A stretch of 62,319 nucleotides of DNA, filler included, from Hausera hauseri (taxonomy: Eukaryota): the NCBI GenBank assembly GCA_046269625.1. It is 9 parts of 9 records of this genome, joined end to end, with 100 filler letters (N's around TTAATTAATTAA, not from the genome) between each part and the next. Parts side by side here need not be neighbours in the genome. Positions count along the whole stretch, not along the records: positions 1 to 10,400 come from JBJURY010194414.1; positions 10,501 to 14,753 come from JBJURY010674662.1; 7 more parts are not named here. One strand, written 5' to 3'. The position numbers and the translations under genes are program-made. Position 1 is the first letter of the stretch; each line of letters starts with the position of its first letter. Shown here piece by piece: positions 1 through 11,245 of the stretch. Below the pieces are notes generated by a model, which saw nothing but the letters and a program-made list of their open reading frames with translations, was not told the DNA's origin and made no database searches.

Positions 1-365
1 TTAGAAAATGAAATCATCTCAAGATTGCATAAATTAGAACGCCATTAAATCGTATTGTTCACGTATTCAAGATAAACTTTATGTAACTAAATTGTTTATT
101 GATTTATTGCAGTATGTGAATTTTAAATTTATGGATGGCAAATTTCATTGTAAATTCAAATATTGAGTTTATTTACCAATCAAGATAAATTTCTGTTTTG
201 ATGATAAATTCAGCAGCACCGAAACCGTGAAATAGCAGTTTAATAGTGGACCCTGTTATTTATTAGCATCAGTTGTTACTATTATGTAATATTAAATATG
301 AATCATTTTTCATTTTATTGTAAATTTGTTTATTTAAAGTTGGTACAGTCACAAATTTCCGGAAA

Positions 366-494
366 ATGCCAGCAGAACAGCCACAAAACGTTGAAGAGGA
401 ATACGACGAGGAAGAGGAATTCGATGAAGATGATTTAGAATGCGAAGAAGACCAAGACGACGATGAGGAAGAGGAAGAGGAGGATGATGAGTAA
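366..494 (+). CDS. Small highly acidic ORF (42 aa, MPAEQPQNVEEEYDEEEEFDEDDLECEEDQDDDEEEEEEDDE); a microprotein or the terminal exon of a larger gene
   Basis: ATG at 366, TAA at 492-494; GA-rich coding-like island in AT-rich DNA; acceptor-like ttgtttatttaaag ending at 339 with the frame open to the ATG; AATAAA signals downstream (about 517 and 594). Confidence 0.5.
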   Translation: MPAEQPQNVEEEYDEEEEFDEDDLECEEDQDDDEEEEEEDDE

Positions 495-1041
495 CCGTCT
501 ATAGGATTTTATAGATAATAAATACTTCTGATTCGTTTGTATGTGTACCTCATTAATCTGTATTTTATTTGATTATGTTGAGTAATATATTTTAATAAAA
601 TCTAACCAGCGGTTTTTTATTCATTGAATTCTTGAACTGAAGTTAATAATACAAGTGAAACATTTTATGTGTGTAAAATACGTAGTTATCTTTGTTCCTT
701 ACAACAAATTTAGTGCAACACAAAAAGATTAGTATTATGTAATCGAAACCCATAAAAAGGTTTTCTATTATGCAAAATACTCGTAAAACAGTTGAAATTT
801 AATTTAATAAAAGAAATTAGATTTTCGAAAATAACGAGGCAGTGAAAATATATTTCATTCGAAGAATATCGGAAACGAAACTAAAAATAACCCACATGAA
901 CTTAAATTTACGAAATATTTTCCAAAATCCTTTCCTAGCATGGTCGTATTGTGTAATCGTGTCATTAGTTTAGCATTAGGTAATACTTTCTGAAATGTAT
1001 TTTGTTTCAATTTTAATTTGTTCATTGAAAATCATTGAAAT

Positions 1042-1149
1042 ATGTCATCAAACGCACAAAAGAAATTCGAAATTGAACACGAAAAACAGATTTATGAAGA
1101 TGGCGAAGGACTTTGTAAAGATGAAGTAGACTTTGAAAATGACGAATAA
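1042..1149 (+). CDS. Small acidic ORF (35 aa, MSSNAQKKFEIEHEKQIYEDGEGLCKDEVDFENDE), possible paralog of 366-494
   Basis: ATG at 1042, TAA at 1147-1149, AATAAA just downstream; Cys at nearly the same position and the same DE-stop ending as the upstream ORF. Confidence 0.35.
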   Translation: MSSNAQKKFEIEHEKQIYEDGEGLCKDEVDFENDE

Positions 1150-1588
1150 TCAAATAATTAATAAAGTATTGTGAAATCTATTTAACCTACATTCTACTTG
1201 TATGTGCTTGCTTCGCATTTATGGTTAATTTGAAAGTTGGATCCATTTTTAATTTGCATGTATTAATTTATTTTTATTGATTTTATCAGTGACATCATGC
1301 TAAATTAGTAAATGAGATTGAGGAAATTTTGGAACAGTTTGAAATAACAATTCACGTGCGGGGGATATTGGATTAGTACCGACATCATTGAAAATTAAAT
1401 TTAGGACACAAAATTAGAAGCAGAGATAAACTTCTATCATCGAATATTCGAAAGCAATAATCACAGTTCTACTAACTAAAATAATCGAGTCAGTCGAATT
1501 GTGTAGAAAAAGAAATAATGAAAAGAAATTTTATGTTATTCAACATCCAATCATATGTTGAACTAAATTTAACATCACATTTGTAACA

Positions 1589-3171
1589 TTAATTTGTCAC
1601 AAGCCAAATTTCATTATGTCGATGAGTAAGTTTCCATGGTGAATCATATGTTGCCGTGATGAAGGTTCCCGGTTTGTAGGCATTGGTGTCGTTAATAGCG
1701 TTCTTTAGAATTTCATACTGCTTCAACCAGGAGCTTTTGGACAGCATGTATCCACTAAATGATCTGTAATATAAGAATGAGTAAATCCAAATAAATATGA
1801 CTGATACGGGGTTTGATTTGTTAAAAGTTATACTCGAATATTATCAATAAATGTAAATGAATATACAATTTGAATGATAGAAAATAAAAATAGATTCCCA
1901 AAAAGAATACTCCCTTGATGTAAAACGACTATACTTCATTTGAAATATTGATACTAAACGAATAGCACAGTTCGACGGAAAGATCAAAGGACATACGATT
2001 AGACAGAAAACTCTTGAGCTTTCAAGGTAAAACACGGTTTCGATACAACTCACAAATTCATTGTGCTTATTCACTTTTCCGTTATTTAAGTTTCTTAGCA
2101 TCTTATCGATAATGTTTGAACCATTCTGTGACTGCTCTGTACAAATAAAATATTCCCGTTCTATTAGGGTCGTCGATTAAGTGCGAATTCCTTTTTCGAT
2201 ATTCAGTGGAGCAGTTTCAGTACACTAATGACGAGAAAGGTAGAGAAAACAAGAAAACGCGATGTACGCTTTAAACATGATGTTGATATGAAGAGTAACA
2301 TGTACAATTACCATGCGATTTTGATTGATGGACAGAAAATTCGGAACATCTGGTAATACAGGACAATCAAACAATGATTTAAGGAGTTATCGAATAATAT
2401 GATAACCAAATTCTCAAAATCCATTACATCGGAAGTATGTTAGTCGATATTCGAACTATCACTAAAATATAATCTACAGAAAACATAAAAAGACAAATTG
2501 AAATGCCAAATCAATAATGCATCAATTGAGACCAAAATACATTGCATGCTGTACACGACAGAGTTACAGCATAAAGCATTAACCAACCCAGTACTAATTA
2601 GTCATTTATATTTAAATTTAAAAACGATTTATTTAAACTGCTAATTGAATACCTCACATATATTTTCATTTCACCTTGATTCTCTAAACGTACGCTGCTG
2701 TCTCGAGGTGTTGGCGAATTCCCATTCGGGAGGAAAAATTTCATCGAATAATTTCTCGCATCCGGACAGATTTCCATGAGTATCGGAACACCACTTATGA
2801 TTCCTTCATCTGAATAAATAAAAAGTCGTAGCATTTTTCTTATTTCGAATTCGGCTTACTGTTGGTATTGTACCCATGAGTATATCCCACCAATCGCAAA
2901 TAAAGACTTGGTACAACAAGTGAAAACGGATAACCGACAATTTTTGACGATGCCCAGGACGTGGCGTTCAATTCTCGTATTTCGTAAAGCTTAATTGTGA
3001 AGTTCGTAAGGTACAACCGAATAAAATCGAAAAAAATACTTCTTCCATTTTGACAACTTTGTAATAAGGACAGTGCCAACTTCTACAAAATTTCGGGGGC
3101 CATTTATCACATTGTACAATGGCAACGAGAAGTAAAATTAAACCAAATAGCATTTCGAATACTAAACTCAT
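1589..3171 (-). CDS. Secreted SOUL/heme-binding protein family gene, 4 exons (3171-3040, 2989-2860, 2809-2653, 1763-1589), 197 aa
   Basis: GT-AG introns (50, 50 and 889 nt) join into an uninterrupted frame: signal peptide MLFGLILLLVAIVQC, PKFCRSWHCPYYKVV, YEIREL..W, RLVGY..G.N, MKFFLP..PTPRD..V, YVRSFSGY, YDSPWKLTHRHNEIW, all typical SOUL/HEBP motifs. Confidence 0.9.
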
Positions 3172-3843
3172 TCGTAGACAAAATTTCGTATATATATAGT
3201 ATTCGGTTATCAACATAGATAGTTTCTTTACACGTTTTGCCGGCTTATCATTGTTGTGTGACGTACACTGTGAGTAATCAATATGCTGCTGTAGAAGTAC
3301 TCGATTGATCATAAGGAATTGATATCGATTTTTTGACAACGGTACCTAAACGAGGTGTTAAGATACAGATGCAACTGAACAACTAACAAATCGAAATGTT
3401 ACGCATTGTAATCGATTCAAGCGTATATGTTTAATATGGAGTTAAGTGACCCTGAACATGTGTTTATCTTCTCTCTTTCAATGTTATGCACACATGCTTA
3501 TTAAACAGTGTCAAATTAACGCAATTACAGCTTTCATTTCTTGTTCAATCCTCTCCCAGTGTGCAAAAGAATTTTGAGTTTTGATAACATTTTCATCGTT
3601 TCTTCGAAGTGTTTTACTAATATTCGATTGTTGGTGTTTGTGTTACGTCGATTGAAAAATTATCAGTTGCAGGAGGTACTTTCCCCATACACAGATGGCT
3701 GGCTTTAAATGTGCGTGATTCGTACCATATATGCATATTAGATATAAGATTTGTAGAAATGATTGAAGAAAATTTTATGACGGATGAAAATAATTATGCT
3801 TATTGTAATGGACAGAAATTGTTCCGATTTTGTAAGATAAATC

Positions 3844-4557
3844 TGTTATTGTTTGGGTGGGCCCTATACAATTCCCAATTATAACAAGTTACACTTGAAA
3901 TTGCGAGTTATCTTATGCAAGTCCGGTTTAGCGTTCTCGTCAAACGAATGCGTCTCTTTTACAATGCCTGTAGTGCGTGCGAGTCCTGTGCAAATATTTA
4001 ATTACGTTCTCCTCTTAACTATATAAATTACAATCGAATTTAAGACTTAGTGGATCCTCTAACTACTCTTAAGGAGCAGTGGGGAACTATATAAAACAGT
4101 TTAACAATAAAATATATTGAATAAACAGTTACTAACGGATTATAGTTCACAAAAGAGTCAATCAGATCGGTAAGTTCGATTCGTCCTCAATAACAATATT
4201 GCTTGAAATCAGTATCTTTAGTTAGTCAACGGTCTGTGAATCTGACGCTTTGCTCTATCTACACTCCATCTTCCTCTTTCTCTACTTCTTATTGCGTATT
4301 TATACTACGCATCTAATCTGGTCTTTTTAATTATTTACAATTCTCTAATGTTTCTTCCAATAAAATTCAATAATTTATAATTCTATGTTCATTCTTTACA
4401 ATGGCAAATCCAATTCAGACGCCAATTAACACGAGATAACTAAGTTTTATTGTTTAAACTGGTCAATATTTAATTATATACCGATTTCTACATTACAATT
4501 AGATATTCTAGTCATCATTAACTATTCTTTTCTAGTCCGACTAGCTATTCTATAACA
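3844..4557 (-). repeat. 3' LTR (714 bp)
   Basis: 6-bp terminal inverted repeat tgttat (3844) / ataaca (4552-4557), directly abutting the PPT; TATAAATA on the minus strand at 4297-4304; sequence similarity to the LTR starting at 61788. Confidence 0.85.
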
Positions 4558-4569
4558 TCTCTCCTCCCT
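4558..4569 (-). promoter_or_regulatory. Polypurine tract (AGGGAGGAGAGA), primer for plus-strand synthesis
   Basis: Pure purine run on the minus strand immediately before the TGTTATA LTR start. Confidence 0.85.
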
Positions 4570-4886
4570 GAGCGGCATCCTCAAATGTGCCTATTGCGTC
4601 AGGAAAGGTGACGCTCAAACGAGGTGCTCTTAACTGGTCCAGTCTTTGTTGTAGATCCAGTTCTTGTGAGTTTGGTAAAACTTGATGATAGTGGGCTCGG
4701 TTCTCTATTTGGTAACTAACATAGGGTGGGATTTCCACAATTTTGTTACTTTCGCCTCTAGTGTATTATTTCAACTGACTAGCTTCGGCTCGGCAAACTG
4801 GGCAGCTTTTTGGTTCTTTGGGGTCAGTCTTTTGGTTCCCATTCTAGATCGAAACACCGGTGCCAGATATTTTCCCATATTGGGGT

Positions 4887-6023
4887 TTACATTGGCACAC
4901 GCATTTTCATGAACTTCCATTCGTGATTCCAGTTAAGTGTGGCGTAAATGTCTTTTAGATACTGGGTGCGCCGACTTGCGGATAACAATTTTCTAATTTT
5001 AAAGTGCCTTCCGCACATCGATTTCAACATTAGTTTAAACCTAGCTTCTGGGCCTATTGGTAGGGCACTATTCCTTTCTTGTAATACTGATCCTAGCTGT
5101 TCCGCTACCGTTGGGTGTAGTTCAATGTCTCTCACTCCAACGATATCCGATGGTGGTATGTTTAGTTCTTCGATGGTTTGTTGAACTTGGTATACTGCCA
5201 GGCGGCAACCGTAGACACAGTGGTGAATTTCTGTCTCGACTGCTTTAGCATCTTTCCCTTTTAAGAAATCTGCCCTTTTAATCCCAGTTAAATCGAAAAA
5301 TGTTTCCCTTACCTGTTTTCTCGGGTTTATTATCTTGGAATATATATCTGTTCCAGAGTATTCTCGAATAGAGACTTCGAATGGCATCCCTTACCCATCA
5401 TCACCTTCTCCTCGATTTATGGAGATGATTCGTACATTGCGTCCATCTTGGATTAGTCTAAAAGACTTGAAATTCTGATCTATTTCTTCTTTCTTGGAAT
5501 ATTGTTGATATTTTAAAGTAGGTAACTGCACATAATGTGCTTCTTCATATGTAACCTCGAACATGAGTTTTGTCGGCAATGCCGCTATGCGGAATTCCAA
5601 TTCGTAATTGTATAGAGCTAAGCTGCTTAAATAGAAGGTGCTAAAACGACGTTGTTTCCTTTTGTTGGCATCCAAATTCTGCCTGGTAATGCGACAATAT
5701 AATTCACCTTTAGCTAAGTGGGTATAAATTCCTTGGTGATACACTGGTTCATATTTTATTAGACTTCTTAAGGGATATGCCCGAGCATCTGAATCCTGTC
5801 TCATTGCGTATAAACACATAACCATGTTCTCTTTGATCGTACCCTTCAAGTGGTTGGTGATTTTGTCGGTTTGGCTGAATTCGATGAATGTCTTCTTGTG
5901 TAATTCGGTGTTCATTTGGCGATAAATGGATTTCGATTGCGGTATCAAGACAGTCACGTGTCTATCCAGGAAATCATTGATATCGCATCTTTGAATCTGA
6001 CTATTTTCGGCTTTTGTCGCCAT
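4887..6023 (-). pseudogene. Retrotransposon 3' extra ORF (378 codons, one in-frame TAA at 5391-5393): unknown N-terminal domain plus a REX4/ISG20-like DEDDh exonuclease fold lacking catalytic residues
   Basis: Track ORFs 5391-6080 and 4887-5387 are in the same frame (GGG TAA GGG ATG). The segment GEGDDG*GMPFEVSIREYSGTDIYSKIINP..V....LTGI....F.KG....VETEI....G.RL.....IEEL....VRD aligns almost without gaps to the remembered REX4/ISG20 pattern GVGP.G..S..ARVSIVN..G..VYDKYVKP..V....VSGI....L.QG....VQKEV...LKGRILVGH...DLKVL....IRD. Confidence 0.65.
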
Positions 6024-6039
6024 AGCAGTACTTACACTT

Positions 6040-6055
6040 CTAAAAATGAAAAATT
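6040..6055 (-). promoter_or_regulatory. Candidate splice acceptor for a subgenomic mRNA of the extra ORF
   Basis: Minus strand reads tttttcatttttag|AAGTGTAAGTACTGCTATGGCG, with AG at 6041-6040 and the ATG at 6023. Confidence 0.5.
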
Positions 6056-6199
6056 TAAGATTAATCCTAAAACAAATCATTGTCCTAAAACAGAACCAGT
6101 TTTCTGTTTGATGGTGGAATAACCCGATGTGTAATTGACAGATTATTTCATCATAGGTTTTGACTAGGGGTTCCGTTACTCTTAATTCTCCCTCTTAAT

Positions 6200-6900
6200 T
6201 TTTTGGCGCTTACAATGACGATTTTTGGCAACTAATCAAAAAATCGCAGTTAACATGATGAGAACAAACGTTGATAGTCCGAATATTGATAAGATCAGTT
6301 GGGTTGTTAATCCCGTCGGTTTCTGTGTAGTGATTGAAGTTCTAATCTCATCATCTATGTTTTCGTATAAATGCGGTTCTGAATGAACTTCGTCTAATCT
6401 CGGCTAATCTCTTCCGCGAGAGTTAATCACGTTTTAGCGTCTACGTGGATGCATTGATTTTTCTTATTTATCGAGATCGTTTTGATATTTTCATCTGATA
6501 TTCGTATGTTTGGGTCAGTAGATTGCAATAATTCGTCGAATTTTGTTTTAAATCGCCTATCTATGGTCGGTGTGATTAATTGGAGTTGTGGGTTTACTTC
6601 GGCGTAGATTTCAGATGAATCCAGCAGGTACAGTCGATAAGTGAGGATGTAGGTACGTCCATAGTTTATGTGATAACATTGTGCATAATCGCGGGGTTTG
6701 AAGTCATGGTTGTTCACTTCGTTCCTCGCATTATCATGCAACACTACTTGAAATTTCCAAAAATTGTGGTGTGGTTTTCAAGTTCTGAATCCAACGTACA
6801 TAGTCTCAGGTGTGAAATAGTAGGCATTCATTGATTGTAACAGCTTAGTGCCTTCATGTGGTGCCCGAATTCACCCAATCGGTGATTTGTATATGAAAAA
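6200..6900 (-). pseudogene. Decayed extra ORF of unknown function between integrase and the exonuclease-like ORF
   Basis: Track ORF 6427-6744 extends upstream in frame through two TGA stops (..LLQSMNAYYFTPETMYVGFRT*KPHHNFWKFQVVLHDN..); boundaries approximate. Confidence 0.45.
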
Positions 6901-7068
6901 TTTTATTAAGGCAGGTGTTTAAATATTGGTATTCACGAGAGGTGTAAAAAAAATTGAAATGAAATAAAAAATTATGAACGTTTCATGTTGGTAACAAACT
7001 TATTTTGTATATAAAGAGTTTTCTTCTTTCAGTGGAATTATATTGCCTTATTCTAATCACTTAACGAA

Positions 7069-7532
7069 TTACAATGGTGTTAGTTTACGAGCTGGAATTT
7101 TGAATGATATTCGATCGAATGCTTTAATAATGGGAGTTAGTAAGTCGAACAATTCATCGACAACATTCGATCCAAAGTCTACGACCAATCTTGGTAATTT
7201 CACAGTTAATTCTTTATCAATCGACCAGTCTGTTTCTTGTGGCGATTCATCATTGCGAACTCACGTTCCATCGATTTGTTCAAATGATCTCGATGATGTT
7301 CCATGAAGCAGCAATTCATCCAGTAAAGGAAACAAGGAAACCCACACTTCGTGTTTTGGATTTCTTCAGTCGTTGGTTTCTTTTCTTTTACAATTGCTTT
7401 TTGTTTTAGCCCACTTCTTCGAATTACGTATACGTCTCCTAACGTAATTTCGTCATTTCACAATTGGGTTTGAGTTTTTGGTATACACGAAGCAATTAGC
7501 GACAATGCTAAGACTATCTGCATGTACGACAT
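7069..7532 (-). pseudogene. Post-integrase extension starting with a signal-peptide-like segment (possible env-like remnant)
   Basis: In frame after the integrase GPY/F region: RYYLRQRETKTSSIITRP-MSYMQIVLALSLIASCIPKTQTQL*; coding-like sequence continues with a stop and a frameshift to about 7069. Confidence 0.4.
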
Positions 7533-10400
7533 CGGTCTGGTGATTATTGAAGAAGTTTTCGTCTCCCGTTGTCGTAGATAGTAACGTTTATTCGGTCGTA
7601 TATCTGCCTTGACGACTCTCTGTACTAACATGACTTCTTTTCCATTTTTGTTGATGTAAGCCGTGATCGGCGTAGTTTTGGTAATTTGGCATGGTCCTCG
7701 ACGAGTACGGGTCAGTTTGAATGATGAGCCCTTTTTGGTTATAGGGTAGTGTACGTATACCCAATTTCCTTGTTCTAAATCGTGCGATTTTGCTTTCTTG
7801 TCATATTGCTTTTTAAATTGTTCCCGATATTCCTAGGACAGTTATTTTGCGATCTCCCAACATTTTTGTAATCGTGCTTGTAGTACTTCTGCAAAATTTT
7901 GTTCCAAATCTTCGGGGTTAACCATTCCTAAATCTGTCGGTAAAACGGCTTCTCGTTCATACATCGCAGAAAACGGTGTGAATCCGGTCGCAGGATGAGG
8001 CGCTGTATTGATAGCAAATTGCATGCCTTCTAGAAATTCTTCCGAGTCCTTTTTGGTTTTTGGCAATCACCGTTGACAAAATGCGTTGCATTCATTTGCA
8101 TTTATTCTGCAGTAGTTAATCGTTCGATTACGAATATTTTGGCAATTTTTTCAAATAGTTTGTTCGTGAAGTTTCTTCCTCGATCCGTCAGTATTTGTTC
8201 CGGGGTCCATATAGGCAAATGATTCTCTTCACCACGGTCTCTGCCAATGTTTCGGCCTTTTGATTGATTAGCGCTATTAACTCGACGAAATTAGTTAGGC
8301 GATCAATACAGGTTAAAATATATTTATTATTTTTGTGGGTCATAGGCAGTGGTCCTACGATGTCCATTAGCATGGCGTGCATAGACAGGTCTGGCACATT
8401 AATTGGCTCTAGTTCTGCTATATGGTTCTTCGTCTCCTTCTGCTTATTTGCACATATTTCGCAAGCACTTACCCAATTTTTTTACGTCGACTGGGTCGAA
8501 AATATTTATTCAGTATTCTTTCCAGTATCTTTTTCCGGGACACGTGTCCTGCTAAATATGAGCCTTGTTCTGCCATTAAACTTCGGATCGTAATCCTTTT
8601 GGGATGGTTATCAATTATCGTCCTTTTCTTTCGTAATATAGAATATTTTCATGACCCTTACCATTCAAAACACAATATTTATGTCAGTGTCTCTGTAAGT
8701 GTTTCTTTAGCTGTCGTCCTTTTGGTATTATCTTTTTCGGCAAATTCTATAATCTGCTGAGTGACTATGTTCTTTTTCTGTCCTGTTGAAATTTTGATTG
8801 CTTTATCTAACGTTAATGCGCGTTGGCGATCTACTAATTCTTCAAGCTGAGTCTTCTTCATCATTGTGATTGCACTCGTCTTAGTTTTCAATCTTGATAG
8901 AGTGTCAGCATCTAAATGCTTATTTCCAGGTTTATACTCGAATTCTATGTTGTATCATGGGATTTCTTCAATCCATCGGTTAAGCCTGCATGTTGACTTA
9001 TCTATTCATCCCTTTAAAGTCGTGACAGCCTTATTATCCGTAACAATTATAATTTTCTGTCCAAAAACATTTACGTTGAAATGTCGTAGTGGTTCCTTGA
9101 CGGCTAATGTTTCTAATTCCGTAACGAAATAATTATTCTCGGCTTTCTTTAACGAGCGGCCTCCATAGGCAATGGGTGCTCCAATTCTTCGTCTTCTCGT
9201 TTCTGTGCTAGTTCGTATCCAATACCTTCTTTACTAGCATCTGTCTTAATTATAAATTGCAATTTAAAGTCGGGATATCTTAGAACTGGTTCGCTTGTTA
9301 AGATCATCTTCATTTTGTCGAAAGCTTTCTGTTCGATATTAGTCAATTTCCATTTAATCCCTTTCTTAAGTAGGCGATAGAAGGGTGCATTTATTTTTGA
9401 GTTGTTTGACACAAGTGGCGTAATATACACAAACCTAGCCAGTGCCGTAACGCCTTCTGATTTTGTGCCCTCATGCAGTCTGATATTTTGTTCAACATTG
9501 ATTTAACTGGTTTCGATCCTCGTTCCTCAACTATATGGCCACTTTAGAATACTGCATTTTGAGCTCATTTGCATTTCTTGAAGTTTAATTTTAGTCCTGC
9601 TTGTTCTAATCGCAACAGCATGTGCTTGATATCCTTTAAATATTCCTTTTTTGTTTTGACGGTATTATTACATTATCTAAGTATGCAAAAGCGTGATCTT
9701 GTACTATTAACATTTTATTCATCATTCTTGTAAAAATAGCCAGCCCACTAGTGATACCGAACGGCATAACGTTAAATTCGTAAACGCCATCGTGTGTTTT
9801 GAACGACGTTTTGTAACGGTCTTCGCCATCAATTTCTACTTGCCAATATGCGGATTGTAAGTCCAGCGTGGTAAACCATTTTGCTCCTGAAAGTTTATCT
9901 AGAGCTTTTTTTACTAATAGCAATGGGAAAGAAACCTTCATCATAAGATTATTCAATATTCTGTAATCAATACAAAATCTATGTTTTGTAGTACCTTTTT
10001 TTAACCATAAGGATCGGTGAGTACCAAGATCTATAGCTGGGTCTAATTATGTCTACTCTAAGCATTCGTTCAACTTTCTTTGTTATTCAGGGTCTCAGCG
10101 AGTGAGGTTGATGATACCATTTCGGTATCTTCTGATCTTCAAGATTTATTTCTTCGTTTGAACCAGGCTTTTTCTTAAGCAGAATGGTCAATTTTTGAGC
10201 TTTAACTCTACCAATATCTTCGTCCTCCTTGGCAATAACTGATTTATAACGGTATAACAATTGATAAAAACGATAATAGGATTCAGGCGAGAATTTAGTT
10301 TCAACTTGAGATGGGAATTCAGCATATTTGAAAGGTTTTACTTTGATAGTTACGGATGACACTCTATAAGTATGTCCAAAGGTAGTATGAGAATATAGCT
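7533..10400 (-). pseudogene. pol: Gypsy pol (RT, RNase H, integrase) with many stops and frameshifts
   Basis: RFCIDYR..LNN, FTTLDLQSAYWQV, YEFNVMPFG, AYLDN (mutated YLDD), KTDASKEGIG, MDIVGPLP, CIDRLTNF, TGFTPF, RRGPCQI. Confidence 0.95.
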
Positions 10401-10500
10401 NNNNNNNNNNNNNNNNNNNNNNNNNNNNNNNNNNNNNNNNNNNNTTAATTAATTAANNNNNNNNNNNNNNNNNNNNNNNNNNNNNNNNNNNNNNNNNNNN
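10401..10500. other. Artificial contig linker N44-TTAATTAATTAA-N44
   Basis: Six-frame stop cassette inside Ns; the same linker recurs at 14754-14853, 20361-20460, 24599-24698, 28812-28911, 47006-47105, 51656-51755 and 57210-57309. Confidence 0.98.
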
Positions 10501-11245
10501 TAGATGGAGGCTCGAAGGTGACATCCCTTTTAACTATATGAAAACAAGACGTTGTGACGTATGATTTAAAATTGGAGTCTAGAGACAATAATGAATGAGG
10601 CATATCATTAGAGAGAACAGCTCCAGTGATTGACGAAAAGCAACTGGCATAGATACTGTCGACGCCTAGTTTGGATTTTTGTTTTAGAATAGATTTATGA
10701 ATGCCGTTCATAATTGAAATATTGCCGACTTTATCGGAAGTTTTTTATAGATGACAAGGTGTTTAACATGTTCACAGATGAGTGCAATGAATTGCTCGCT
10801 AAGTTGTCTACGAGACACATGTTTGGAGTTGCAATCGAGTTCCTGCTTGAAAGACAGCTGTATTTGCAATCGACCAATAGATCATGTGCGGCAAGAAAAT
10901 CTGAGCCTATTGTAGGAAATTTAATGTTGGCCACGTGGAACTTCCAGACAAACTTATCTGGCAAGTTGCCGAATGTGAAAGTCAATTCCGTGGTTTCTGC
11001 AACATGCAACGATTGACCACTGGCAGTGAAAATCGGTGGACAGGAAATCATATTCGATTTAGCAACAAAGGACAAGGGAAGGAGCGAAAAAACAGCTCCT
11101 GAGTCTATAAGAAAGTCGATATATGACGCATCTCTGCATGATAGTACAGCTTTTAACAGAAGGACTGCAGAGGCGGTGTTGAAACGGCCAGAAGATTGAG
11201 CAATATTGCATGCGCCAGAATGTGCCGTAAAATCTGGCACAATTA
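10501..11245 (-). pseudogene. pol: CsRN1-like Gypsy aspartic protease and PR-RT spacer
   Basis: DFLIDSGAVFSLLP, TASGQSL, FVWKFHVANIKFPTIGSDFLAAHDLLVDC; the spacer resembles those in the copies at 23008-23565 and 48354-48968. Confidence 0.9.

Larger units (their letters stand above)
3844..10400 (-). mobile_element. Ty3/Gypsy LTR retrotransposon, 3' portion (pol, extra 3' ORFs, PPT, 3' LTR), truncated by the contig end and decayed
   Basis: RT-RNaseH-integrase order, a polypurine tract and an LTR with TGTTAT...ATAACA termini. Confidence 0.92.

Noticed and set aside
4550-4886. Short ORF running through the PPT into the LTR
   Set aside because: No recognisable motif; it may be a frameshifted tail of the extra ORF but cannot be supported alone
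10401-10500. TTAATTAATTAA palindrome recurring eight times, and ORFs ending in XXXLIN
   Set aside because: Synthetic six-frame stop linker between contigs, not biological
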